A stretch of DNA of 58,813 nt, filler included, from Barthelona sp. PAP020 (GCA_040182905.1; 2 parts of 2 records of this genome joined end to end with filler, not necessarily neighbours in it); one strand, 5' to 3'. Positions 8,900-18,492 are shown, numbered from the whole stretch's first letter. The notes: generated from the sequence alone by a model not told the origin. Numbers and translations: made by a program.

Positions 8900-11800
8900 T
8901 TAATCATCAGCATCACTTTCATCATCTTCCATCTCTTTATCAATATACTCACGCATATTGCCACCATTTCTTTCATTGATGTCGATCAAATCCCAACACA
9001 ATTCGATTGTCATGTCAAAATCTCTTTGATTCATATAGACTCCAGCACTCACAAATTCCCGAATGATAACACTGTTCACATTCATTGCAACAAGTGTTGA
9101 CAATAAATACCCTTGATTCTTTACCAGTTCAATTAACTCAGATTTGGACAAAGGCTCAAATTTCAAATCAACAGGCTTGCCACTCTCCAATTGATGCTTC
9201 AAATTAGGACAGCTCAAAAAGCAGTATAAATTGTATGTTTGCCGTTCCTCAACACATGCATACAATCTATTGAAAAACAACAACATTCCTACACCATCTA
9301 TGTTTGGTTTGGCACAATCTAGAAGCATTTTGGCAATATCAAGATGACCTGCTTGACAACTTATGTTAAATGGAGAATTCCCATTATTGCAACACAAATT
9401 AACATCAGAACCATGATTTAGGAGCATTTTAGCAACATCAAAAAGTCCATTTTGACAACAAATTAACAATGGAGAAGCACCATTATTCTTACACAAATTA
9501 ACATCAGATCCATGGTCCAAAAGCATTTTAGCAACATCAACATGGCCACTACAACAACTGATATACAATGGAGAAGTACCATTATTTCTACATAAATTAA
9601 TATCAGCTCCGTAATTTAAGAGCATTTTGGCAAGATCAAGATGCCCTTTGTGACAACTACAAAACAATGGAGAAGTACCATCTTTCTTGCAAAAATTAAC
9701 ATCTGCTCCATAATCCAAGAGAATTTTAATAATATCAAGATGTCCATTTTGACAACAAATGAACAATATAGAAACACCAAAATAATCACAGAAATTAACA
9801 TCAGATCCATTATCCAAGAGCATTTTAGCAACATCAAGATGGCCATTATAACAACTCATATACAATGGAGAATCAACAATTTTTCTACATAAATTAATAT
9901 CAGCTCCATGATCCAAGAGCATTTCGGCAACATCAAGATGACCTTTTTTACAACTGCTGTGCAATGGAGAAGTGCCAATCTTATCACACAAATTAACATC
10001 TGCCCCATGATCCAAGAGCATTTTGGCAACATCAAGATGACCATTATAACAACTGATGTTCAATGGAGAATATCCATCATTTTCACATAAATCAATATCA
10101 GCTCCATAATCCAATAGCATTCTTGCAACATCAAGATGACCTTCTTGACAACTGATGTACAATGGAGAAGCACCATCATTCATACACAAAATAATATCAG
10201 CTCCATTATTCAAGAGCATTTTGGCAACATCAAGATGACCTTGATGACAACTAATAAACAATGGAGAAGCACCATCTTTCGTGCACAAATTAACATCAGC
10301 GCCATGATCCAAAACCATTCTGGCAATATCAAGATGGCCATTTTGACAACTAATGTACAATGGAGAAGCACCATCATTCATACACAAATTAACATCTGCT
10401 CCACAATCCAAGAGCATTTTGGCAACATCAAGATGATCATTTTCACAACTGATGTACAATGGAGAAAATCCACCATGATTACACAAATTAACATCTGCTC
10501 CACAATCCAAGAGCATTTTGGCAACATCAAGATGACCATTTTGACAACTAATGTGCAATGGAGAAGAACCAACATACATACACAAATTAACGTCAGCGCC
10601 ATGATCTAAAAGCATTTTGGCAACATCAACATGACCATTTTGACAACTGATGTACAATGGAGAAAATCCACCGTTCCTGCATAAATTAATATCAGCTCCA
10701 TAATCCAACAGCATTTCAGCAACATCAAAGTGGCCTTTGTGACAACTAATATACAATGAAGAAGTACCATCAGTCGTACATAAATTAACATCAGATCCAT
10801 TATTCAAGAGCATTTTAGCAACACAAAGGTGATCATTTTCACAAGTGATATACAATGGAGAAGCACCGTTATTCATACACAACTTAACATTAGCTTTATG
10901 ATTCACTAGCATTTTGGCAACATCAAGATGACCATTTTGACAACTAATATATAACGGAGAAGCGCCATTATTCTTACACAAATTAACATCAGCTCCATGA
11001 TCTAAGAGCACTTTAACAACATCAAGATGACCTTTTTGACAACTAATATACAATGGAGAAGCACCATTATTATTGCATAAACTAACATCAGCCCCAAAAT
11101 CCAACAGAAAATCAACAACATTGACATGCCCATCAAAACAAGCTCCCCAAAGCGATGTTCTTCCTTCCTTGCCCTGCTTGTTTACATCAACACCAGCTTT
11201 GACACACTGCTTTACAACCTCAAGATTACCATCACAAGCTGCATAATAGATCTTCTTTGGTCTTCCATTATCTTCAAATCCATCTACATCAAACCCATCT
11301 GGAACAACAACTTGATCCATGTTATGCTTGACATATGGCTCAACTTCCTCTTCAATACCTGTCTCTTCAATAACAGTATCGACAAGCATCTTCAGATAAC
11401 CAGCAATTAACTTGAAAGACGGACGCTTGGAAGGGTTTTCATCAAAACACAGCTTTACAATACCATGGCCAGGAATCGAATCTATCATCTCGTCAGAATA
11501 TGGCAATTTCCCATTAATCAAATATCTGAATGGTTCATCATCCACAGCATCACAAGGACAAACTTCTGTCATCACATAAAGCATCATCACTGCAAACGCC
11601 CACACATCAACAGCCCTTGGATCTATCTTGTCTTCATTTTCCCCAACAAGGATCTCAGGAGATAGATACGAAACTGCACTGTTCATGTCAACCATCAATA
11701 AACTGTTGGCATCTTTCACTGTCCAAAAATCGCTCAAAGCAGGAATGAACTTTCCATTAAAATTCCTCAAAAGAACGTTAGTGGGCTTCAAATTGCCATG

Positions 11801-12379
11801 AGTTAAACCGCATGCGTGACAATAATCCAATGCGGAAGCAACCTGCATGAGTATTGTGAGCTTTTCCATCAAAGAAAGGTTGGGTATTTCTTGCTCAAGA
11901 AAAGAGGTGCAGTATTCCATAACTATTCCAGTTTTACCGTCGATCTCAGTCACACCATGAATTTGACGAAGGAAAGGATGATTTAGCTTCATGGGAACGT
12001 ATTGCTTGAGGAAATCGTGTTTTTTTGGCTTTTTGTGGAATAATTTGATAGCAACAATGATTCCCTCTCTTTCAGCAGTAATTAAGCGTCCAAATACCCC
12101 TGACACAAAATTGGACTTAAGCATTTTAAGGGTAGATCCAACAATTTCAGTTGGTTTTAGGGAATCCATGAGCTCTGTAAATGATTGGAGATTGTTTATA
12201 CGATTCTTGCCCTTTGATTGCCAGTTTGCCATAAAACTGGTGTCAACCTGTTTTTCATTTGGTTCTACTATCTTTTTAGTGCCTAAAATATCAGAGTCAA
12301 AAACCATTAGGTGTAAAAAAAAAAGAAAATAAAGGCTAAAAATGTTTAATAATCTTTTTTTACAGTAGTATTCATTCAT
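8900..12379 (-). CDS. Pseudokinase + ~20 ankyrin repeats + unrecognised C-terminal domain (1159 aa; start uncertain)
   Basis: Kinase fold with VAIK, HGNLKPTN (catalytic Asp replaced), DFW, SPE, DVWAF and KRPSF. 33-aa repeats GxSPLYISCxxGHLDVAKMLLDxGADVNLC. Confidence 0.92.
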   Translation of the reverse strand: MNEYYCKKRLLNIFSLYFLFFLHLMVFDSDILGTKKIVEPNEKQVDTSFMANWQSKGKNRINNLQSFTELMDSLKPTEIVGSTLKMLKSNFVSGVFGRLITAEREGIIVAIKLFHKKPKKHDFLKQYVPMKLNHPFLRQIHGVTEIDGKTGIVMEYCTSFLEQEIPNLSLMEKLTILMQVASALDYCHACGLTHGNLKPTNVLLRNFNGKFIPALSDFWTVKDANSLLMVDMNSAVSYLSPEILVGENEDKIDPRAVDVWAFAVMMLYVMTEVCPCDAVDDEPFRYLINGKLPYSDEMIDSIPGHGIVKLCFDENPSKRPSFKLIAGYLKMLVDTVIEETGIEEEVEPYVKHNMDQVVVPDGFDVDGFEDNGRPKKIYYAACDGNLEVVKQCVKAGVDVNKQGKEGRTSLWGACFDGHVNVVDFLLDFGADVSLCNNNGASPLYISCQKGHLDVVKVLLDHGADVNLCKNNGASPLYISCQNGHLDVAKMLVNHKANVKLCMNNGASPLYITCENDHLCVAKMLLNNGSDVNLCTTDGTSSLYISCHKGHFDVAEMLLDYGADINLCRNGGFSPLYISCQNGHVDVAKMLLDHGADVNLCMYVGSSPLHISCQNGHLDVAKMLLDCGADVNLCNHGGFSPLYISCENDHLDVAKMLLDCGADVNLCMNDGASPLYISCQNGHLDIARMVLDHGADVNLCTKDGASPLFISCHQGHLDVAKMLLNNGADIILCMNDGASPLYISCQEGHLDVARMLLDYGADIDLCENDGYSPLNISCYNGHLDVAKMLLDHGADVNLCDKIGTSPLHSSCKKGHLDVAEMLLDHGADINLCRKIVDSPLYMSCYNGHLDVAKMLLDNGSDVNFCDYFGVSILFICCQNGHLDIIKILLDYGADVNFCKKDGTSPLFCSCHKGHLDLAKMLLNYGADINLCRNNGTSPLYISCCSGHVDVAKMLLDHGSDVNLCKNNGASPLLICCQNGLFDVAKMLLNHGSDVNLCCNNGNSPFNISCQAGHLDIAKMLLDCAKPNIDGVGMLLFFNRLYACVEERQTYNLYCFLSCPNLKHQLESGKPVDLKFEPLSKSELIELVKNQGYLLSTLVAMNVNSVIIREFVSAGVYMNQRDFDMTIELCWDLIDINERNGGNMREYIDKEMEDDESDADD
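9300..11260 (-). repeat. Tandem 99-bp ankyrin-coding array, ~20 units with high internal nucleotide identity
   Basis: Recurrent plus-strand blocks caatggagaagcacc, acatcaagatgacc and aaattaacatc at 99-bp period. Confidence 0.95.
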
Positions 12380-12894
12380 TGTTTTGAAACAGTTGTTGTC
12401 GAAATGAAATGTACTAGTTGGTTAGATTGGTAGAGGACGTTTTTTCAATGCAACACCTGATTGTTTGTTAGGATTTTCTTTTTGAAATTTGTGCCATAAT
12501 TGTGTTGGAAATTTATTCAAACCACACTTTAAAGATGTTAGAAAATGATGATAATTGTATGTTGTAACATTGTTAGTTAGTTCAAAGACTATGTGTGAAA
12601 AACCATTATTCCAACAATCTTCGTAAATTTGTCAGTTTATTCATCAGTTTTGTTTTATTTATGATGAAGTGATTTTCCATTGGCACTTAGATGTGCAAAT
12701 GTGTTGAATTAATCTCGTTATTTATGTTTGTTTTTTCTGTTGTTGAAGATTATATTATATCATTTGATGATTGATATGCAGCTTCACAAGATTGATCCTT
12801 AAGAATTGTATCTTCTTTTTTTTTTTTCCTAATGATGGTTTCTGAGGTTGGAAACATTCAACTTCCAAAATAAGCAAAAAATTTAATTTCTTCA

Positions 12895-13406
12895 ATTTTG
12901 CAAGAAAATTTTGGAAAAATTTGCTTTAGCTTGTTTCTTTGCATTTGTGATACAAAAATAAAATGTAAAGATTTTACAAACATTTTCATAAAGAAGACAT
13001 GTATAACCCACATATAGGACAGTAGTTAAGATACAAACATTACTCGGAGAGTTCAACAAAAGTCGAAGAAACTTCAGATAAGACCTCAAACATAGAGATG
13101 ATATAAACAAGAACAATTCTTTACTTCAAGAATCCTGAATTTAATCCTTTAGGTCGCATTCTTTTTCTTTTTAAGCATCAAACATCCCAAAATCTTCGTC
13201 ATCGAAAAACTTCTAACTATACTAAACCCAACGTAATGGGTTAACACAAAAATAAAAGTCTTTTAAATTTTTGAAATAATTGGATTTAAATTTCCATTTT
13301 TGAAAAATAAACAGTTCTACAGATTATTCAACCTAAAAACCTTTGACCAAATAAACACTATTTTTTTATTCACTCACACGCATAATAATTCTTGGCTTGG
13401 CAATAA
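12895..13406 (-). repeat. Dispersed repeat, segment A, inverted and split by a ~300-bp unrelated insert
   Basis: The reverse complement of 13285-13406 matches the start of A (ccaagccaagaa...tgagtgaataaaaaa.atagtgtttatttg; from 14033 and 55715). The reverse complement of 12895-12985 matches the continuation at about 55825-55905. Confidence 0.7.
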
Positions 13407-13457
13407 TCATGCATCATAAACATTAATATTGAATTAACCTATTCATTTTTCTACTTG

Positions 13458-13802
13458 TGCGAACCTTTTCCAGAATTTTCCCAAATCAGAGCCTGGGAAT
13501 CTCAGTTGACTGATAAATGATAAACATTCATCTTTATTCTTTTAGGAAGGTTCAGCGTTCCTGAAAGGAACCTTTCTTTTTTGATACCTCTCTTTCATAG
13601 GCTGTCATAGGAGAGCTACACCCTATGCTGGGTGTGCAATATTGCATTACTATTTGCTCAAAAGGGCCTAACGCCCCGATCTCTTTAAAATATATCTGAA
13701 TTGGGCAAGTTTTCATGCATTCACCATGGCAGGTCAAAAATTTGGAGGTAGGCTAAAGAAAAGTTCCATACCTTCAGGGAAAAAGGAAGAATTGGAAAAT
13801 TC
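13458..13802 (-). repeat. Dispersed repeat, segment B (inverted copy of 14345-14682)
   Basis: Shared blocks aggttcctttcaggaacgctg, aaatttttgacct, aaagaataaagat and aaaaggttcgca. Confidence 0.9.
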
Positions 13803-14032
13803 GGATTCGTCAAAAATAATAGGCTTGTGAAGAACCTCATTTCATTTTTCTTTCTTATTCTTTAAAAAAACACTGTTAACATAAAAATTAAGGTATTTTT
13901 GTATTTTTCATTAAATTATCAAAATTTCTATCGAATATTTTTTAATTTCTTTTTTTTTAATTAATTTTTTCTTTTTTTTCTTTTCAAAAGAATGGAAAGG
14001 AAAAAAAAGAGGGTTGTTTAGAACCCTATTAT

Positions 14033-14682
14033 TTATTTCCAAGCCAAGAAGCACTGTGTGTATGAGTGAATAAAAAAGAATAGTGTTTATTTGTTAAAGG
14101 CTTTCGAGAACCGATTGATCTGTTGAAAAACTTTAGAATTTTGCTTTTGCAAAAATCCAAAAAAATTGGAATGAAGAATTTCTCCGAAATTCTCCCACTT
14201 GATCGTTCCAATTACATTTCAGTCCCTCAATTCTCCTCCTGGGATTTTGACTGAAATTTGCTAGAATGAGTTTTCTGAGTTAACTTTCTTTGTAAATAAA
14301 TATAATTGTTTCACAACTGGACCAAATTTTTGCAAAAGCAAAAAAATTTCCGATTCTTCCATTTTTTCATCAAGATACGGAAGTTTTCCTCAACCTACCC
14401 CAAATTTTTGACCTACCATTATGAATGCGCGAAAACTTGCACAATTAAGATTAATTTTAGCATGTCAGAGCTTAAAGCTCTTTTGAACAAATGGCAATGC
14501 AGCATTTCACTTGCCCCATAGGGCGTAGCTGCTACGAAAGCCTATGAAAGAGTAATTCTCAAAAAAGAGAGGTTCCTTTCAGGAACGCTGGACCCCCGAA
14601 AAGAATAAAGATTAAGGTTTATAATTAATTAATCAACAGAAATTCCAGTCTCTGATTGGGGAAGTTCTGTAAAAGGTTCGCA
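14033..14682 (+). repeat. Dispersed repeat A+B (~650 bp) followed by an A-rich tract; probably a non-autonomous mobile element
   Basis: A (14033-14330) aligns with 55715-56033. B (14345-14682) aligns with the reverse complement of 13458-13802. A-tract at 14683-14698. No coding signature. Confidence 0.85.
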
Positions 14683-14733
14683 AAAGAAAAAAAAAAAACT
14701 GTGAAAATATTCACGTTAACATTTGTGAGACAA

Positions 14734-15630
14734 TTAATTTATACTGACAAAATCATTTGATAGTAATAATGACACATCTAAGAGTTCTCTCTTTGGTTTC
14801 TGTAAGGTAGATTCATTGGTTTCAGCAGCTCTATCGTTAGCTCTTGGTTTTTTTGCATTTTTTGTATTCTTCAATTGTTTTTTTTTATTAAGCTTTGCTG
14901 GTTTTGGATTTTTTTCGTGTTTAAATTCCTTTCTATTACTATTTGTCTTGTTTGACTTATTTTTTTCTTTCTTTTTGTCTTTTTCCATATTTTTATCTCT
15001 TCTATTGAAATTGTCTTCATTTGCTAAAAACTTCATAAACTTTCTTTCATTATTTGTTTTTTCCTTATTTTCATTTATTTTCGACGGTTTTTTAATGTCT
15101 AACTTTTCAAAAATTGGTCTATTCGGATCAGTAGGAATCGTTATCCCTGAAGATCTCAATAGACTAAATTTCTTTTTGGAAACTAAATCTTCTGACCACC
15201 CTCCAACATGATAAACTTGACTAAGATGAAAAATCATTGTGTTATTAATAAAATATGGATCAATAATCCATAGTTTACAACCTTGTTGAAAAGAAAAATT
15301 ACCCTGGAGAAGTGCCTTAAATTGGTTTTTTCCATCAGATACATGAAATGTTAATAATGAATCTGCCCTAACATTTTTTGTGGAAAATCTAAAATCTTTA
15401 CAGACAGTTACATTCTTAACAACACTGGTTATTTCAATTAAATACCTGCCATTGTATTTTCCCGTCGAAAATGATGCAATTCCAGGAGGAAATGAAAATG
15501 GATTCGTGATTGTTGAAAGAGGTTGCAAAAAATAATTCTCTACAAACTGATCAAAAGAATAGTTTTCATCTGTAAATGCTTTTTGAATATAATTTAATAT
15601 GTTTTTTGGAGTGTTAGCAACAATATTCAT
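14734..15630 (-). CDS. RMI1-N / TDRD3-like OB-fold protein with a basic tail
   Basis: Pattern LIEITSV.NV..., LLTFHVSDG..QFKAL, GCKLWI and HVGGW..DL matches the RMI1-N OB fold. Confidence 0.65.
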   Translation of the reverse strand: MNIVANTPKNILNYIQKAFTDENYSFDQFVENYFLQPLSTITNPFSFPPGIASFSTGKYNGRYLIEITSVVKNVTVCKDFRFSTKNVRADSLLTFHVSDGKNQFKALLQGNFSFQQGCKLWIIDPYFINNTMIFHLSQVYHVGGWSEDLVSKKKFSLLRSSGITIPTDPNRPIFEKLDIKKPSKINENKEKTNNERKFMKFLANEDNFNRRDKNMEKDKKKEKNKSNKTNSNRKEFKHEKNPKPAKLNKKKQLKNTKNAKKPRANDRAAETNESTLQKPKRELLDVSLLLSNDFVSIN

Positions 15631-15914
15631 TGTTTTTAATGCATAAAAAGAATAAACAGATTAACATTTCTTTTTTTTTTGTTTCTCATTCAATTTTGCA
15701 AGATTTACACAATATGTAAGAGTTAAAATTAATTTTTTGTCCATGGAGGGGGAATATTTCAAAAGGTCAAAAAGTCTTAAATTACAGAATTTTTTTATTG
15801 TTTCGGTATTTTGTGGATACGAGTGTAAATTAAAAATTGTGAAAGGTAAAAAAAACGATAGCAATCATACTATTGAGGCAATTCTTTTTATTGTTGAAGT
15901 ATTTCTCAATACTT

Positions 15915-17459
15915 ATGTCAGACGATGAAATAAGTGTTGAAAATGACATATTCAATGAATTATTTTCCTCTACACCAACTTCTTCAGAAATCCAATACAC
16001 ATTTGACACTTCAAGAGTTAAATCCACAGAATTTTCGAATCAAAATCTTGCACATTCTTCTTCGAAAAATAATTTGCCTTCAATACAAATTCGTCATAAG
16101 TCAAAAGCGATTGTCTTTGAAGATGATTCATTTGTTAATCATGATGCATTATTATCAATTTCAGCAGATTTATATGCTTCAATATCTCCCAATTTGCCTC
16201 CTCAATCAAGGGAAATTCCAAACCTTGGGGAATTGGAACAAAAAAGATCGGAAGATATTATAGCAAATATATCTGAGGACGATGATATCTTTTATCATTC
16301 TAGACCTACTTCTCGTTTAGATAATGAAGAGGAAGACAAATTAGGATTAAGTCAATCTTCTACACTTACAGATTCTGTTGAAGCTTTACCATTTCTTTCA
16401 CCTCATCCTTCTATTTCCGAAATTGAAGATAAAACGGGTGATGTATCAAAAAAATTTATCCTTAACACTCCAAATAGTCTGAGTGATAATGATGAAGATG
16501 ATGTTTGTGTTGATGTAGTTCACGAAGTTAGTCGTTTAATGTTACATAAAAGTGATTCTGAAGATATTGATTCTATGTCTGTTTTTGAAACTGAAACTGA
16601 AATTGATGAGTGTTATTCTGAAAGAGAAAAAGAATCAAGCGAAAGTTTTGTGAAGAATCGATCATCCACTAGTTTTTCGTCCGAAACTGAAATAGAAGAA
16701 AATATAGAAGTGATTGAGTTCCAAAATATCAATAATCTTCGGGTTGAAAGTATTGATCCAGAGGAATTCTCATATCCCATTATTAGTCCTGTTGCTAGTT
16801 TAACATCGTTTAATAGTCCAAATACAATTAAAGAGAAATCAGTCCATTTTACTCCAGTATCAACCGAAGGTAATTCTCAAGATTCCATAATGATATATGA
16901 AGAACAGTTTGAAGACAAAAACATCGATGTGAATGATCTTTTTACTGAAACCAATGAAAATGAAGCATTATCTTCAGCAGTATCATCAGAAATATCGTCA
17001 GAAATATCATCAGAAATATCATCAGAAGATTCGTTTGAAGATGATGAATATTCAAAGAAATTGTTGAGTGATGAAGAATTTGAATGTTCTGAAGAATTTG
17101 ATGTTCTGGAACAAGATCATCTATTTTCAAAAGCACCATTGTTGTTCGGAATTTATGGCAGGGAAGAAGGAAAAAAATTTGTTGATGAAATGCTTAAAGA
17201 TGTGGAAGCAGACGTTAAATTGTCTGTGGTGATCCTCAACAAATCCAAAGGAAATACCGAAGATGAATATCCCAAAAGAGATCCTTTTATTGAATCTTGC
17301 ATGTCTGTTCCAAAAATTGTATTGCAAAAACAGTTGCTTAAAAGTTTAAGAAACATTCCCAAAAAATTGGTGAATAATACATTCAAGGACAAAAAATCTG
17401 ATTTGAGTTTTGAAAGGTTTGAAAAATTGTTTGACCTGTATTTGAACACAAATTTATAA
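15915..17459 (+). CDS. Hypothetical acidic, Ser-rich protein
   Basis: Long ORF with first ATG at 15915; SSEI x3 micro-repeat near 16985-17030. Confidence 0.75.
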   Translation: MSDDEISVENDIFNELFSSTPTSSEIQYTFDTSRVKSTEFSNQNLAHSSSKNNLPSIQIRHKSKAIVFEDDSFVNHDALLSISADLYASISPNLPPQSREIPNLGELEQKRSEDIIANISEDDDIFYHSRPTSRLDNEEEDKLGLSQSSTLTDSVEALPFLSPHPSISEIEDKTGDVSKKFILNTPNSLSDNDEDDVCVDVVHEVSRLMLHKSDSEDIDSMSVFETETEIDECYSEREKESSESFVKNRSSTSFSSETEIEENIEVIEFQNINNLRVESIDPEEFSYPIISPVASLTSFNSPNTIKEKSVHFTPVSTEGNSQDSIMIYEEQFEDKNIDVNDLFTETNENEALSSAVSSEISSEISSEISSEDSFEDDEYSKKLLSDEEFECSEEFDVLEQDHLFSKAPLLFGIYGREEGKKFVDEMLKDVEADVKLSVVILNKSKGNTEDEYPKRDPFIESCMSVPKIVLQKQLLKSLRNIPKKLVNNTFKDKKSDLSFERFEKLFDLYLNTNL

Positions 17460-17568
17460 TTTCTTTCACAATATTTGATAAATTGATGAACTCATTTTTT
17501 TAAGATTTAACTTTTCAATTTGATCATTTAGCTTTATTTCACACCAATCAAAATAAAAGACTAGTTAT

Positions 17569-18285
17569 TTACAGATAATGAGGCATACTTTGGTCAATGA
17601 CCTTTGGTTTTTTAATCTTTTCAATATTTTTCATCAACAAATCATAAATCAACAAATAATTGTTCCTTAAATCAGTTGAAGCCAATCTTAACTGAATAAA
17701 ATGTTTTTCATCCAATTCAAAAACTGCTTGTTGGTAATCTAAAATTTTTGGATACTTATAAGCCTTGCTTATTAATTTACTTCTGGTGATGTGATATTTT
17801 GTCATATGTTCCAACAATTCAAAAGCATTGTCTTCACTACTGGCTAATTCTTGCAAAACAGTGGTTTGAACTGCTGCACCAAAGTTATCACCATGATCTA
17901 AAGGGGGTACTAATAATTGTATCCAAGTTTTTACATCAGCTAGAACTTCAACAAATTCGAAAATTTCAGTTTTTACTGATTGAGTAAGTTCTGCTATAAT
18001 GGGGTTGATTGGTATTTCATTAGGACAATAATTTGATTTTAAAACTGAGGAAGTGGTCTCAAAATTGGAAGATGTTCTGGTTTTATCTTTGGGAAATAAT
18101 TTGGAATCAATTGCAGAATTTAATTGTTCAGAATTAAATAATCCTTGTTCTTCACAAACTTTTTTATACAATACAGTTAAATCAATAATATGTTTTGGAA
18201 TTACTTTTGTCAATGCATTATCAGCTGTTTCATTAATTTGTTCATATATTTTTTCAATTTCTGGACTTTTTTTAATGTTTGTCAT
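17569..18285 (-). CDS. Proteasome activator PA28/11S (PSME3-like)
   Basis: WIQLLVP...GDNFG..VQ activation loop, KYP...DY, LRNNY...YDL..KN.EKIKKP, C-terminal YL. Confidence 0.93.
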   Translation of the reverse strand: MTNIKKSPEIEKIYEQINETADNALTKVIPKHIIDLTVLYKKVCEEQGLFNSEQLNSAIDSKLFPKDKTRTSSNFETTSSVLKSNYCPNEIPINPIIAELTQSVKTEIFEFVEVLADVKTWIQLLVPPLDHGDNFGAAVQTTVLQELASSEDNAFELLEHMTKYHITRSKLISKAYKYPKILDYQQAVFELDEKHFIQLRLASTDLRNNYLLIYDLLMKNIEKIKKPKVIDQSMPHYL

Positions 18286-18492
18286 GAGGAAATAAAATAA
18301 AATTGGAATGTGGAGCTGGGATGAAACCTTTCAACAAGTGTTTTTAATGGTTATTACAATTGAAATGAATAAATAATTGTTCTTTTATTTGAAATATATG
18401 ACAATAAGAAAAGTTCGAATGAAAATGTCAAAACAAAATGTCTCTCTTTTGGAGACCCGCCAAAATCAATCTACACTAGTTTTCTTTCTTTA

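Noticed and set aside
9300..11260. Ankyrin array as a CRISPR array or a DGR target (many variable codons are NNT and an RT is nearby)
   Set aside because: The 99-bp period is protein-coding with no spacers. No non-coding template repeat was found, non-adenine positions vary too, T-ending codons are expected in AT-rich DNA, and the RT is DIRS-type.
12283..12363. Possible 81-nt in-frame intron near the start of the kinase-ankyrin gene
   Set aside because: It is not needed for an open frame and is twice as long as the other introns. An alternative Met lies inside it. Unresolved.
12990..13280. Insert within repeat A containing a CPICG zinc-ribbon-like peptide on the minus strand
   Set aside because: Multiple stops and no second motif; too weak to call a gene remnant.
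13457..13802. Group II intron or hammerhead retrozyme (segment starts GTGCG, has hairpins)
   Set aside because: No domain V motif and no CTGAnGA/GAAA hammerhead core. The second copy has TTGCG.
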